Below are positions 37,993-51,120 of a stretch of DNA of 64,000 bases, one piece after another. The DNA comes from Hyphomicrobiales bacterium (GTDB lineage: Bacteria; Pseudomonadota; Alphaproteobacteria; Rhizobiales; Aestuariivirgaceae). A program made the translations under genes and the position numbers. Each line of letters begins with the position of its first letter. Within the stretch, counting starts at the first letter, position 1. The notes under the pieces are model-generated. The model saw only the letters and a list, made by a program, of their open reading frames with translations. It had not been told where the DNA came from and did not search any database. The stretch is from contig JBBSBQ010000018.1 of the NCBI GenBank assembly GCA_038251095.1, forward strand, positions 159 through 64,158, in the 5' to 3' direction.

Positions 37993-38049
37993 AAACAAAA
38001 GCAGGGCCGGGCGGAGATTAAGCCCGATCCTGCCACTCCTGCCGCCGTA

Positions 38050-38598
38050 TTACATCTTTGGCAAAAGAACCTTGTCGATCACGTGGATCACGCCGTTAGA
38101 CTGCTCCACATCGGCAATCGTGACATTGGCAACGCCGCCGGTTTCATCGGTCACCGTAACCTTGTCGCCATCGAGCTTCAAAGTCAGCTCGCAGCCGCCG
38201 ACGGTTTTCGCCTTGTGAGCGCCGCCATCATCCTTCACCATTTTCATGACTGCATCGGACATGGCCTTTGCTGGCACGACATGGCATGCGAGGATTTTGA
38301 TCAGCGTGTCTTTGGCTTCCGGCTTCAAGAGGCCTTCGACCGTGCCGGCAGGAAGCGCTGCGAACGCTTCGTTGGTCGGGGCAAATACGGTGAAGGGGCC
38401 AGCGCCCGATAGCGTATCAACCAGGCCGGCAGCCTTGACGGCGGCAACCAGCGTCGTGTGGTCCTTGGAATTGACGGCATTTTCAATGATGTTCTTGGTG
38501 GAGAACATTTCTGCACCGCCAACCATCATGGCCGCGTAGGCTGTCGAAGCGCCGAGCGCTACCGTCATCGAAAGTGCAATAAGGGTCGATTTATGCAT
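38050..38598 (-). CDS. fasciclin (FAS1) domain protein
   Basis: Signal peptide; TLVAAVKAAGLVDTLSGAGPFTVFAPTNEAF and GVIHVIDKVLLP motifs. Confidence 0.85.
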   Translation of the reverse strand: MHKSTLIALSMTVALGASTAYAAMMVGGAEMFSTKNIIENAVNSKDHTTLVAAVKAAGLVDTLSGAGPFTVFAPTNEAFAALPAGTVEGLLKPEAKDTLIKILACHVVPAKAMSDAVMKMVKDDGGAHKAKTVGGCELTLKLDGDKVTVTDETGGVANVTIADVEQSNGVIHVIDKVLLPKM

Positions 38599-38799
38599 GG
38601 GAAACTCCTGTTTGACGTCTGTTGATTGACCAACACTGGCAGGAACGGATCATTTTTCCGCAGAGTTGCAGAAAGGTTAAAAACGTTTTCGTGATCACAG
38701 CGGAAAAATCCGTGACCGAGGGTATCGCCATGTCTATGCCCCCTCTTGCCAGCCCACCTGCAAGGTGTGATACGCTTCCGGAAAGTTTGGGGTGTGAGT

Positions 38800-39378
38800 G
38801 TGGGGAAAGTCGTATTAATTTTTTCGATGTCGTTGGACGGCTTCATAGCCGGGCCGGACATCGGCCTGGATCATGCCATGGGCGTGGGCGGTGACAGGCT
38901 CCACAAGTGGATGTTCCATGGCGGCCCGGAGAACGCCATCGATCTGGGCATGGCCCGCGAACTCTTGTTGAAAGTGGGCGCCGTTGTCCTGGGCCGGAGG
39001 ACCTACAACGTGGGCCTCCAGCACTGGGGGGACACGCCCTACCCCGTGCCAAGCTTTGTCGTCACCCACGAGAAACTTGACAGGCTTGAAATGGAAAGTG
39101 CCGCCTTCACCTTTGTCAACGAAGGTGTCGCGGAAGCCTTGAAGCAGGCCCAGGCGGCGGCGGCCGGAAAAGTCATCATAGTGATGGGAGCCGATGTCGC
39201 GCAGCAAATGCTGAAGGAAAAGCTTGCCGATGAAGTCTATATTCAGCTTGTTCCCGTCCTGCTCGGCAGCGGCAGCAGGTTGTTTGAGAATTTCGGCGCG
39301 ACGCCCCTCGAACTCATCTGTGATCGCGCGGTCAATTCACCCCACATCACACACCTGAAATACAAGATTCCAAAATAA
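38800..39378 (+). CDS. dihydrofolate reductase-like (RibD C-terminal domain) family protein
   Basis: KVVLIFSMSLDGFIAG... and VIIVMGADVAQQ... patterns. The start is uncertain (GTG 38800, or the upstream track start 38746). Confidence 0.65.
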   Translation: MGKVVLIFSMSLDGFIAGPDIGLDHAMGVGGDRLHKWMFHGGPENAIDLGMARELLLKVGAVVLGRRTYNVGLQHWGDTPYPVPSFVVTHEKLDRLEMESAAFTFVNEGVAEALKQAQAAAAGKVIIVMGADVAQQMLKEKLADEVYIQLVPVLLGSGSRLFENFGATPLELICDRAVNSPHITHLKYKIPK

Positions 39379-40122
39379 TCAGGCGCTGGAAGGTGTCCCG
39401 CCCGCGGCGACACCGATAACGCGGCCCACCTTGCCCTCCTGCAGCAGGGCCACCCAGCCCTTGCAGCCCTGCGGAACCACGCTTTCCTTCGGCAGCACGA
39501 TCTTCGCAGCCTCGCCATGCCACATTCCGGCGGGCACCATCTTGCGCACCACATTATGATATTCGACGGTGCTTCCGGCGTTCTCGCCCTTTTTGATTTC
39601 AACTGAAATGGAATGGGCAAATGCCACGAGCCACAGGGTCGCTTCCTTCATCGGCTTGCCCGTTGGAATGCTGATCGTCACATCGGTCGCATTGTCCAAC
39701 ATCTCCATGTCGACCCAGTCCGTTACAACTTCGGTCTTGGCTGCTGCAATGGCGCTGGAAACCCGGTCACGCTGGCTTCCGACAAAATGCCTGCCGCCGT
39801 TGATGATCAATTGCGGGGTATAGACATTCTTGTCGCCCCGCGCTTCCGCATAGTCATATTGCCGCTCGGAAAATTCCGCCCCGCCAAGCGTGTCGCGCCA
39901 GCCCAGGTAATCCCAGTAATCCACATGGTAGGACAGTGCCAAAACATCGGTCTGTTCTTTCAGTGTTTTCAAATAGGCATCCGCCGGCGGGCAGGACGAA
40001 CAGCCCTGGCTGGTGAAAAGCTCAACGACAACCGGACGCTTGACAGCCGCAAACACGGGCTTGGCCAGCACTGCGGCAGCTCCATAAGCAAGTATGTTCC
40101 GTCGGGTAAGCAAGCAGGTCAT
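39379..40122 (-). CDS. DUF1223 family thioredoxin-like secreted protein
   Basis: VVELFTSQGCSSCPPAD hallmark. Confidence 0.75.
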   Translation of the reverse strand: MTCLLTRRNILAYGAAAVLAKPVFAAVKRPVVVELFTSQGCSSCPPADAYLKTLKEQTDVLALSYHVDYWDYLGWRDTLGGAEFSERQYDYAEARGDKNVYTPQLIINGGRHFVGSQRDRVSSAIAAAKTEVVTDWVDMEMLDNATDVTISIPTGKPMKEATLWLVAFAHSISVEIKKGENAGSTVEYHNVVRKMVPAGMWHGEAAKIVLPKESVVPQGCKGWVALLQEGKVGRVIGVAAGGTPSSA

Positions 40123-40216
40123 GCACTGGATATAGCAACCAATGCGCCATTCAGCTACTCACGAGCCGGTGAGGCCCGATCACATGTTTGTTGGGTATTT
40201 GCGTTCTGAACCCGGC

Positions 40217-40567
40217 CTACATGGCTACCAATTTCTTAAAACCGCCCTGGAGCATCCGTTTTGCGTCGAAAGGCGCGTTCTTGAAGTCAAAATTGGCCAT
40301 GAAGGGATCCTTCATGACTTTCGCATTCACCTGGTCCCGGTGTCTGCGGGACTTGTAGGTGATCCAGGAAAAAACCACCACCTCGCCATTTTTCAGCTTT
40401 ATGCTTTGCGGAAACGAAGTGGGTTTTCCCGGCTTCACGTCATCGGCAACACTTTCCACGTAGGAAAGCGCCCCGTGCTTCAGCCAGGTTTTTGCAGCCT
40501 TGCTCGCCAGCTTGCGATAGACAGCCAGCCTGTTCCTGGGAACCGGAATGACGAAACTCATTATCAT
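40217..40567 (-). CDS. DUF1428 family protein
   Basis: Family-typical length and YRKLA...KHGAL...FDAKRM..GGF pattern. Confidence 0.6.
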   Translation of the reverse strand: MIMSFVIPVPRNRLAVYRKLASKAAKTWLKHGALSYVESVADDVKPGKPTSFPQSIKLKNGEVVVFSWITYKSRRHRDQVNAKVMKDPFMANFDFKNAPFDAKRMLQGGFKKLVAM

Positions 40568-40625
40568 GTTCCTCGTTGGCGCAACTCATTGTAACCGGGA
40601 CGGGGATCTAATGTCCCCAAATTGA

Positions 40626-43334
<2,709 letters not shown>

Positions 43335-43416
43335 GCTGGCTTTCCTGGGCTGGAATTTCAAGGCTGGCTATATCTCTTATTGCACCGCAGCACAATTCTA
43401 ACAATAAACATAAGGG

Positions 43417-44193
43417 CTATGCCCGCCGCTCCACCATCAGTTTCTTGATCTCGGCAATGGCTTTTGCCGGGTTCAGCCCCTTGGGGCAGGCCTTGGCGCA
43501 ATTCATGATGGTGTGGCAGCGGTAAAGCTTGAACGGGTCTTCGATGGTGTCGAGGCGGTGCTTTTTTGCCTCGTCGCGCGAGTCGATCAGCCAGCGATAG
43601 GCCTGCAGGAGAGCAGCGGGTCCGAGATAGCGGTCCCCGTTCCACCAGTAGGACGGGCATGATGTGGAGCAGCAGGCGCAGAGAATGCACTCATATAGTC
43701 CATCGAGCAGCGCCCGGTCGCTGTGCGACTGCTTCCATTCCTTCACCGGTTCCGGCGTGGTGGTCTTGAGCCACGGCTCAATGGCCCGGTGCTGCGCATA
43801 AAACCGTGAGAGATCGGGCACCAGGTCCTTCACCACCGGCATGTGCGGCAGCGGATAAATCCGGACCGCCCCCTTCACCTCATCGCACGCCTTCAGGCAC
43901 GCCAGCGTATTGGTGCCGTCAATATTCATGGCGCAGGAGCCGCAAATGCCCTCGCGGCACGAGCGGCGGAAGGTCAGCGTCGGGTCCTGCTCATTCTTGA
44001 TCTTAATGATGGCGTCAAGCACCATGGGCCCGCAGGTTTCCATGTCCACATGATAAATGTCCACTTGCGGATTCTTCCCGTCATCCGGATTCCACCGGTA
44101 AATCCGGAACTCCTGCAGCTTCCTGCCAACCGGCTTCGGCCAGCTCTTTCCCGGCTGGACCTTGGAGTTCTGAGGAAGTGCAAATTCAACCAT
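43417..44193 (-). CDS. sdhB: succinate dehydrogenase iron-sulfur subunit
   Basis: [24 protein letters not shown] and [12 protein letters not shown] cluster motifs. Confidence 0.95.
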   Translation of the reverse strand: MVEFALPQNSKVQPGKSWPKPVGRKLQEFRIYRWNPDDGKNPQVDIYHVDMETCGPMVLDAIIKIKNEQDPTLTFRRSCREGICGSCAMNIDGTNTLACLKACDEVKGAVRIYPLPHMPVVKDLVPDLSRFYAQHRAIEPWLKTTTPEPVKEWKQSHSDRALLDGLYECILCACCSTSCPSYWWNGDRYLGPAALLQAYRWLIDSRDEAKKHRLDTIEDPFKLYRCHTIMNCAKACPKGLNPAKAIAEIKKLMVERRA

Positions 44194-44201
44194 CTTGTTT
44201 C

Positions 44202-46001
44202 CTAATACACCCTTGCCTTTGGCTTGATGTAGTCAATGTCCTTCGACATGGTGAAATCATGCACCGGGCGGTAGCCGAGCTTCACTTTGCGCTTGGCCCC
44301 GTCGGTCCAGCTCAGCGTATGCTTCATCCAGCCCTTGTCATCGCGCTTGGGGAAATCTTCCCGCGCATGCGCCCCGCGGCTTTCCTGCCGCGCCAGGGCG
44401 CCTTCGACGGTCACCGCCGCCTGCACGATGAGATTGTCATATTCCAGGGTTTCGATGAGATCGCTGTTCCAGATCAGCGAACGGTCCGTCACCCTTATGT
44501 CATCGCTGGCCTTCCAGATATCGGCAATTCGGCGCACACCCTGCTTGAGCGTCTCGCCGGTGCGGAACACCGCCGCATCTTCCTGCATGGTCCGCTGCAT
44601 GCGCAGCCGCAATTCCGCTGTTGGTATGCTGCCTGAGGCATTCCGGAAATGATCGAGCCGCGCGATCGCCGCCTCGCCCGCATCCTTCTTCAATTCTTTG
44701 TGCGGCGCTCTCGGCTTGATGTCCTCGATGCACTTCAAGCCCGCCGCCCGGCCGAACACCACAAGATCAATCAATGAATTTGAACCCAGGCGATTTGCTC
44801 CGTGTACGGAAACACAGGCCGCCTCCCCCACCGCCATCAGCCCCGGAACGGTCTTCTCCGGATTCTTCACATCCCACGCCAGCGCCTCGCCATGATAGTT
44901 CGTGGGGATGCCGCCCATGTTGTAATGCACCGTGGGCAGGATCGGAATGGGTTCGCGCGTCAGGTCAACGCCCGCGAAAATCCACGCCGATTCCGAAATG
45001 CCGGGCAGCCGCTCATGCAAGACAGCGGGATCGAGATGTTCGAGATGTAGATGGATATGGTCCTTCAGCGGCCCAACGCCGCGGCCCTTGCGAATTTCAA
45101 TGGTGCAGGAGCGCGACACTACATCACGTGACGCCAGATCCTTGGCCGATGGCGCATAGCGTTCCATGAAGCGCTCGCCTTCCGAATTGGTGAGATAGCC
45201 GCCCTCGCCCCGCGCGCCCTCGGTGATCAGGCAACCCGCCCCGTAAATGCCGGTGGGATGGAACTGCACGAATTCCATGTCCTGCAGCGGCAGCCCCGCC
45301 CGCAGCACCATGGCATTGCCGTCGCCGGTGCAGGTATGCGCCGAGGTGGCGGTGAAATAGGCCCGGCCATAGCCGCCCGTCGCCAGAATGGTCTTATGCG
45401 CCCGGAACCGGTGGATGGTGCCGTCTTCCATCGACAGCGCCATAACGCCCCGGCACACGCCGTTTTCCATGATGAGATCAAGTGCGAAATACTCGATGAA
45501 AAATTCCGTCTCATACCGCAGCGACTGGCCGTAAAGCGTATGCAGCATGGCATGGCCCGTGCGGTCAGCAGCCGCACAGGTGCGCTGCGCCGGCGGGCCT
45601 TCGCCGAAATTCTGCATCATGCCGCCAAAAGGCCGCTGGTAAATCCGCCCGTCCTCGGTACGCGAAAACGGCATGCCGAAATGCTCTAGCTCGTAAACCG
45701 CGGTCGGCGCCTGGCGACAGAGATATTCAATGGCGTCCTGGTCGCCCAGCCAGTCCGAACCCTTCACCGTGTCATACATGTGCCAGCGCCAGTCATCAGC
45801 CCCCATGTTGCCAAGCGAAGCCGCAATGCCGCCCTGCGCCGCAACGGTGTGCGAGCGCGTCGGAAAAACCTTCGAAATGCAGGCGGTTTTCAACCCCGCC
45901 TGTGACGCGCCAAGAGTTGCGCGCAAACCCGCACCCCCGGCGCCGACAACGACCACATCAAAGCTGTGGTCGGTTATGGGGTAAGCATCTTTGGTGGCCA
46001 T
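44202..46001 (-). CDS. sdhA: succinate dehydrogenase flavoprotein subunit
   Basis: [17 protein letters not shown] motif, SHTVAAQGG (covalent FAD His), typical length. Confidence 0.95.
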   Translation of the reverse strand: MATKDAYPITDHSFDVVVVGAGGAGLRATLGASQAGLKTACISKVFPTRSHTVAAQGGIAASLGNMGADDWRWHMYDTVKGSDWLGDQDAIEYLCRQAPTAVYELEHFGMPFSRTEDGRIYQRPFGGMMQNFGEGPPAQRTCAAADRTGHAMLHTLYGQSLRYETEFFIEYFALDLIMENGVCRGVMALSMEDGTIHRFRAHKTILATGGYGRAYFTATSAHTCTGDGNAMVLRAGLPLQDMEFVQFHPTGIYGAGCLITEGARGEGGYLTNSEGERFMERYAPSAKDLASRDVVSRSCTIEIRKGRGVGPLKDHIHLHLEHLDPAVLHERLPGISESAWIFAGVDLTREPIPILPTVHYNMGGIPTNYHGEALAWDVKNPEKTVPGLMAVGEAACVSVHGANRLGSNSLIDLVVFGRAAGLKCIEDIKPRAPHKELKKDAGEAAIARLDHFRNASGSIPTAELRLRMQRTMQEDAAVFRTGETLKQGVRRIADIWKASDDIRVTDRSLIWNSDLIETLEYDNLIVQAAVTVEGALARQESRGAHAREDFPKRDDKGWMKHTLSWTDGAKRKVKLGYRPVHDFTMSKDIDYIKPKARVY

Positions 46002-46345
46002 CAGCTTCCAAAACTCATTCTTAAAATCGCGTAAAGTGCCGCCACGCCGGCAGCTGCCGTGAACAGTGTATTGAGCAGAAGGCTAGCGCGAAGCATACGC
46101 TCGTCATGCACGTAATCCTCAAGCACCATCTCCATGCCAAGCCGCATGTGCCAGAGAATGGAGGCAAATGACAGCACAAGCAGGATTGCATTAAGGGGAT
46201 TCTGCACGCTCGCCACCACATCCGCCCGCGCCGCACCCAGATGCGAAACGATGAACCACAGCAAAAACAAAACCAGCGGCACATTGGCAACGGCCGTTGC
46301 GCGCTGCTGCCAGAAATGCCGCGTGCCTGATTTGTCCGGAGTCAT
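46001..46345 (-). CDS. sdhD: succinate dehydrogenase membrane anchor subunit
   Basis: Three-TM protein between sdhC and sdhA. ATGA overlap with the sdhC stop. Confidence 0.8.
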   Translation of the reverse strand: MTPDKSGTRHFWQQRATAVANVPLVLFLLWFIVSHLGAARADVVASVQNPLNAILLVLSFASILWHMRLGMEMVLEDYVHDERMLRASLLLNTLFTAAAGVAALYAILRMSFGS

Positions 46346-46740
46346 GCCATCACCCCGTAACCGATAACCCACAGCAAGAGTGTAAGCACAATGGAACCGG
46401 CGAGATTGGCCCGCGCCAGCCATTCTATGAGGGTGAGATCAAAGCCCCGGCCCGTGTCCCACAGCAAATGCCGCAGCCCGCCCAACGCATGGTGGATCAG
46501 CGCCCATGTAAAGCCAAAAAGCGGCAGCCTGCCAAACCAATGGCCGAATAACCCCTGCACAAAATCGAAATAGCCATCGGAAATTGACGCAGCGGTCAGC
46601 CACCACACTAGCAGCACAGTCCCGAAATAAAGCCCCACCCCCGTAATGCGGTGCATGATCGACATCATCATGGTGAGCATGGGCCGATAGATTTGCAGAT
46701 GCGGCGACAGGGGACGCGCCGCAGACTTGTCGTTTGCCAT
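46342..46740 (-). CDS. sdhC: succinate dehydrogenase cytochrome b556 subunit
   Basis: RPLSPHLQIYRP...SIMHRITG hallmark. Confidence 0.9.
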   Translation of the reverse strand: MANDKSAARPLSPHLQIYRPMLTMMMSIMHRITGVGLYFGTVLLVWWLTAASISDGYFDFVQGLFGHWFGRLPLFGFTWALIHHALGGLRHLLWDTGRGFDLTLIEWLARANLAGSIVLTLLLWVIGYGVMA

Positions 46741-46823
46741 TCAATCGCCTCGAAATCCTGTCTTTCTTTTAGCTTGTGCGCCGCAACATGGCAAATGGGC
46801 AATAAGTCTTATAGAAACCGCAA

Positions 46824-47531
46824 ATGTCGCTTTCTTTCCGCCGTCTGCGCTTTCTCCTGGCGCTCATCCTTGTATGTATTGTGACGGCCTATGGCCTCTC
46901 CCGGCTGGGATATTTTGACTGGCCCCGGGAATATGATCCGTTCGTCCTGCCGGATCTCAATGCCCCATCCAATTTTCTCACCCCCTTCAAGCTGAAACGC
47001 ATCGATACAAACGCCGAAAACTGCCGCGCCGCTTTCGCCCGCGACGGAATACCTGTGACAATCGAACCGTCCCGCACCGATTCGGCCCAATGCATCAGGC
47101 AGGACACCATCAGGCTTGCGAGCCTTTCAACTGCAAAACTACGCCAGGAAGAAACCCGTTGCGCCATCGCCGCCCGTCTTTTCATGTGGGAGCACAACAT
47201 CGTGCAGCCCGCGGCGCGCAAATATTTCAACGAGCCCGTCGCCGAACTCCTCCATTTCGGCTCCTATTCCTGCCGCACCATCCGCGGCTCGTCGGCCACG
47301 AGCGAGCATGCCAGCGCCAATGCCTTCGATATTTCTGGCTTCCGCCTGCGCAGCGGAAAACTCGTGACCGTGAAGCAAGGCTGGCAAGGCAGTCAGCCGC
47401 CAGCGGAATTCCTGCGCGAGGTGCGTGACGGCGCCTGTGATTATTTCAACGTGGTCCTCAGCCCCGATTACAACGCCGACCACCACGATCACCTGCACGT
47501 CGACATGGGCTGGTACCGAACCTGCCGCTAG
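46824..47531 (+). CDS. extensin-like C-terminal domain family protein
   Basis: HASANAFDISGFRL...SPDYNADHHDHLHVDMG motif. Confidence 0.7.
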   Translation: MSLSFRRLRFLLALILVCIVTAYGLSRLGYFDWPREYDPFVLPDLNAPSNFLTPFKLKRIDTNAENCRAAFARDGIPVTIEPSRTDSAQCIRQDTIRLASLSTAKLRQEETRCAIAARLFMWEHNIVQPAARKYFNEPVAELLHFGSYSCRTIRGSSATSEHASANAFDISGFRLRSGKLVTVKQGWQGSQPPAEFLREVRDGACDYFNVVLSPDYNADHHDHLHVDMGWYRTCR

Positions 47532-47534
47532 AAC

Positions 47535-48074
47535 TCAGATCACGATGACCTTGGTGCCGATCTGCACACTCTCATAGAGCTTGGAGACTTCCTCATTCAG
47601 CATGCGGATGCAGCCCGAGGAGGCCGCCGTGCCGATGCTTTGCGGCTCATTGGTGCCATGGATGCGAAACAGCGTGTCGCGGCCGCCGGCAAACAGGTAG
47701 ATCGCCCGGGCGCCGAGCGGATTTTCTTTTCCGCCGGGCATGCCATTGCGCCACTTTTCCAGATCCGGCCGCCGCCTGATCATCGAAGCCGGCGGCGTCC
47801 ATGTCGGCCACTCCACCTTGCGCCCCACCTTGGCAATGCCAGCCCAGTCGAACCCGTCCTTGCCCACCGCCACGCCATAGCGGATGGCGGTTTCCCGCCC
47901 GATGACATGATAAAGGGCTTTTTCCTCGGTGTTGACGATGACCGTCCCACGCCTTTCCGGCGTCGCGAATTCAATCACCTCGGCCCCGCGATAGAAAACG
48001 GCTTTTTTCTTGGCCGCAAGGGCCGAGCCCGGCACCAGTGCCGCCACGCCGAATATGAAGTTTCGCCGGTTCAT
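47535..48074 (-). CDS. L,D-transpeptidase (YkuD domain)
   Basis: Tat/Sec-like signal (MNRRNFIFG); IHGTNEPQSIGTAASSGCIRM active site. Confidence 0.88.
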   Translation of the reverse strand: MNRRNFIFGVAALVPGSALAAKKKAVFYRGAEVIEFATPERRGTVIVNTEEKALYHVIGRETAIRYGVAVGKDGFDWAGIAKVGRKVEWPTWTPPASMIRRRPDLEKWRNGMPGGKENPLGARAIYLFAGGRDTLFRIHGTNEPQSIGTAASSGCIRMLNEEVSKLYESVQIGTKVIVI

Positions 48075-48168
48075 TGAAAAATCCGTTCCATGGGGATTTC
48101 TAGCGCCGGACTCTGGGCGAAAACATGGCAGGCACGGGAGGGGAGAAACCGTGCCTGCCCTTCTGGGG

Positions 48169-49491
48169 CTATGGCTTTTTAGCCAAACCGCCAGGCAATC
48201 CCAGAGCGCAGCTTGCGGTCAACGGCACGAAATTGCTGGCCAGGCCGCCCTGGCCCGGAACAACCGCCGAATAGGTCGTGTTGATGCTGTTGATAATCGA
48301 GAGCGTCTTGGAATAGGTGGCCATGTAGCCGGACGCCGACTTGACTGATGGCACGAAAATCATCGGGCCAACCGGTCCGTCTTTGCGCATCAGCCGGAAG
48401 CCAACGTTTCCTGGCTTGTTTGTCTTGAACCATGCCATGACTGTTGCCTTGTTCGGGCAAACCTTTGTCTTCGGTCCCTTGATGCCGAGCTGCGCGCTCA
48501 GCACCTTGAAGGGTGCCGCCGGCGGATTGGCAAGTTCGCCGCCGCCGCCAAGGCCGATCTTGCACGGCACATTCAGGCTTTGCCAGTCCGAGATGATGCC
48601 CTTGCCCACCACTTCAACCATGTATTTCGTATCCATGGCCTTCTTGATGTCGACAACCTGGTTGTGCACGGCAAAGAATTTCCCATCGGGCATTTTCTTC
48701 GATGTCACCGTGATCGGAGCGGACTTGCCGCCGCCAGCCTGCCGGTAGATGAAGGTAACCTTGCCGTCGAAATTCGTCTCAAACCGGGCGTTGATCTGCG
48801 CCGTTGTCGGACACACGTTTGACTGCGGCTTGTGAATGCCGAGCGCTGCCGAACGCACCTTGAACTTCTGTCCCGGCTTCAAACCGTCAACGTCGGCAAC
48901 CGGCGGCGGCGTGGGATCGGGCTGCTGAACGTCCTGGCTGATCGGAACGGCAAGGCATTTTACCGTGATCGGGAAGGTTCCAGAGCCGCTGCGCGTCAGC
49001 TTCTCCGAGATGGTTTCGGCTGCCGCAAATAATTCGAGATCGGCAGTGATGCCCGTGTACTGTTCCTTGTAGATTTCAGCGCCCGTTTTGAGCTTGGCGT
49101 TGCAGGCCGATACGGCCGAAAGTGCTGCAATGCCAAGACTATTGGTTTTGGTAGGCAGGTTCACTTCCTTCTTGAAGGAATTACTGCGGCCTGTCGCACC
49201 CTGGGCAATTTCCTTGCTGCCGTGCTTGACCCAGAACCAGACAACCTTTCCCTTGTCCATCTTGATATCGACGGTACCGGACAAGAGAAAGTTCGACGAC
49301 TTGAGTTTCGTCCATGACGAGCCGTTTTCCGATTCAACAACTAGCACCGGCGGAATGCCGCTAGGCGTGAGCGTGATATGGTCAAATTTGGGCCACTGCG
49401 CGTGGGCGTGCTGCGCTGAAAGGGCCAATCCTGCCAGAGGTAATGCAATCTTAAGAAGACGATGACGCGGCATTTGAACATTCCTTCTCAT
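48169..49491 (-). CDS. secreted protein with tandem modules of about 110 aa, each with two Cys; unknown function
   Basis: Signal peptide MRRNVQMPRHRLLKIALPLAGLALSAQHAHA. Two clearly related C-terminal repeats begin FKVRSAALGI... and FKVLSAQLGI... Confidence 0.55.
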   Translation of the reverse strand: MRRNVQMPRHRLLKIALPLAGLALSAQHAHAQWPKFDHITLTPSGIPPVLVVESENGSSWTKLKSSNFLLSGTVDIKMDKGKVVWFWVKHGSKEIAQGATGRSNSFKKEVNLPTKTNSLGIAALSAVSACNAKLKTGAEIYKEQYTGITADLELFAAAETISEKLTRSGSGTFPITVKCLAVPISQDVQQPDPTPPPVADVDGLKPGQKFKVRSAALGIHKPQSNVCPTTAQINARFETNFDGKVTFIYRQAGGGKSAPITVTSKKMPDGKFFAVHNQVVDIKKAMDTKYMVEVVGKGIISDWQSLNVPCKIGLGGGGELANPPAAPFKVLSAQLGIKGPKTKVCPNKATVMAWFKTNKPGNVGFRLMRKDGPVGPMIFVPSVKSASGYMATYSKTLSIINSINTTYSAVVPGQGGLASNFVPLTASCALGLPGGLAKKP

Positions 49492-49601
49492 GGCAATTGC
49501 CCCAACTTGGGCACGGACATGAGGGCCCGGTCGTGAATGTTGCCTGAGGCTGCAATTCATCGGATATTCATCGCGCCGCCCCTGCGATAAGGAAAAATGC
49601 A

Positions 49602-49820
49602 TTGGCAGATTTCGACTGGCACAAGGACAGGCTCACGCGGGCGACTCCCATCACTGCGTCCTATCGCAACACCCAGAACGTCCGGCGCTTCTTCAAGGCC
49701 GAATGCGGCAGCCATTTCAAGTTTGACCGCCCTTTCATGGCCTGGCTCAAGGACGCCCACCCCAAAACCATGGGTGACGCCGCCAATGAATGGCTGCGAA
49801 TAAAAAAAGAATATGAATAG
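49602..49820 (+). CDS. small conserved protein (resembles the DUF6434 type; tentative)
   Basis: The YRNTQNVRRFF...FKFDRPFMAWL pattern recalls that family from memory; not verified. Confidence 0.4.
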   Translation: MADFDWHKDRLTRATPITASYRNTQNVRRFFKAECGSHFKFDRPFMAWLKDAHPKTMGDAANEWLRIKKEYE

Positions 49821-50577
49821 GCACCGGTAGTGTGTCAGTTTGAATAAGGCAGGTATCGCGCCCGCCCGGTAATTCCTGTATGCTCGCCGGAATGCCGTAC
49901 ACCGTTCTTGAACATACTAGATTTGGCCCAATTTCTCACGACTGCCCGACAGCAGAGGAGGCCTTGCGCCTTAGGAAGGAATTTGACGATAGGATGGCTG
50001 TTGCCACATGATCATCAATCCACTCGGCAAGAAAGTAACCGCCGGTACTCTTGAATCCGAAATTCAGAAGGCAGGAAAGATCAATACTAAAATGTCCTAA
50101 AAGCGAACGCCGCCCAGCCGATGTTATAGGCACCTCTTGACAGTAAATTCCTAATATGACATCTATGTTCCTGTTCATCCCGGAAGGGGTCTCGGTCGCG
50201 ACGGTGATCATAGATGGGGGTGGGTGTGGCGCCTGCGGGCGGGGTGAGACGAACACCTCGCGCTCGGGAGTTTCCGGCAAGTTCCGCGGGCATTAAGACC
50301 CGCGCGCCGAATGGCAGTTAGGCAGTCTGAAGAAGACAGGGCCGAAATACGAATCGGAAGCCGAAATCGCCGCAAAAGCGTGGGCGCAGTTTGCGTCAAC
50401 CGCCGGACGTCACGACCGGCATTTTCGCGTAGGCTGCGTTCACGCAACCCTTCGCTTCTCACCTGCCCCGGAAACGGCATAACCGTTTTCACCAAGGGCG
50501 AAACCGTGCCCAACGTTCATTGAAATGTGAACCTTGCATTGTCCTCTCCCGCTGAACCGGAGAGGACATGAACGAAA

Positions 50578-51036
50578 TTACGCCTTCGCGTCTTCCAGTG
50601 CCTTGACCACGATTTTCTCGATCTTGTCGATGGGATGATTGGTCAGGTCCTTGTCGATCTCCATGATCGTGGCCTCCGTCAGCGCGCTCGACGAAGCCTT
50701 GCGGAACTCGCCCAGCGCGATGGCCGGAGCTGCAAGCACGAAGTTGGTGAACGCCCCCGCCTTCAAGTCCTTGGCCATGTCGTCGGCGATCAGCTGCACG
50801 AAACGGTCCTCGGCAATGCGGTGATAGTCCGTCGCTTCCATCGCGGATTTGCGGCCAAGGCTGTCATTCGTCCGCCCCGGCTTGTCGCTTCCCTGTTCGC
50901 TGGTGGCGGGATTGTCCTGTCCATAGCTGCGTTCCAGCCGGAGGTTTGGAAACGCGCCGTCGCCATCATTGCGCAGGACAAGGGCATGGGAGCCATCGGC
51001 CACAAGTACGCGGGTACCGCCGGACAAATGTTTCAT
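50578..51036 (-). CDS. host-attachment family protein
   Basis: The sequence pattern ...VLVADGSHALVLRN... with DRFV...LVLAAPA..LGE.R is typical of the Host_attach family. Confidence 0.6.
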   Translation of the reverse strand: MKHLSGGTRVLVADGSHALVLRNDGDGAFPNLRLERSYGQDNPATSEQGSDKPGRTNDSLGRKSAMEATDYHRIAEDRFVQLIADDMAKDLKAGAFTNFVLAAPAIALGEFRKASSSALTEATIMEIDKDLTNHPIDKIEKIVVKALEDAKA

Positions 51037-51120
51037 GGGGGACTCCAGACGTTAATCACGTCGCCACACGGGCGCGCAACATGATATCAACGCTTGCGCC
51101 GCCCAAAGGTTCCCCAGCGC

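Noticed and set aside
50150-50530. A GC-rich intergenic stretch considered as a possible two-piece alphaproteobacterial tmRNA or other structured RNA.
   Set aside because: I found no ANDN...-type tag reading frame ending in AA-stop on either strand, and no tRNA-like acceptor/T-arm. Without a covariance-model scan it cannot be called.
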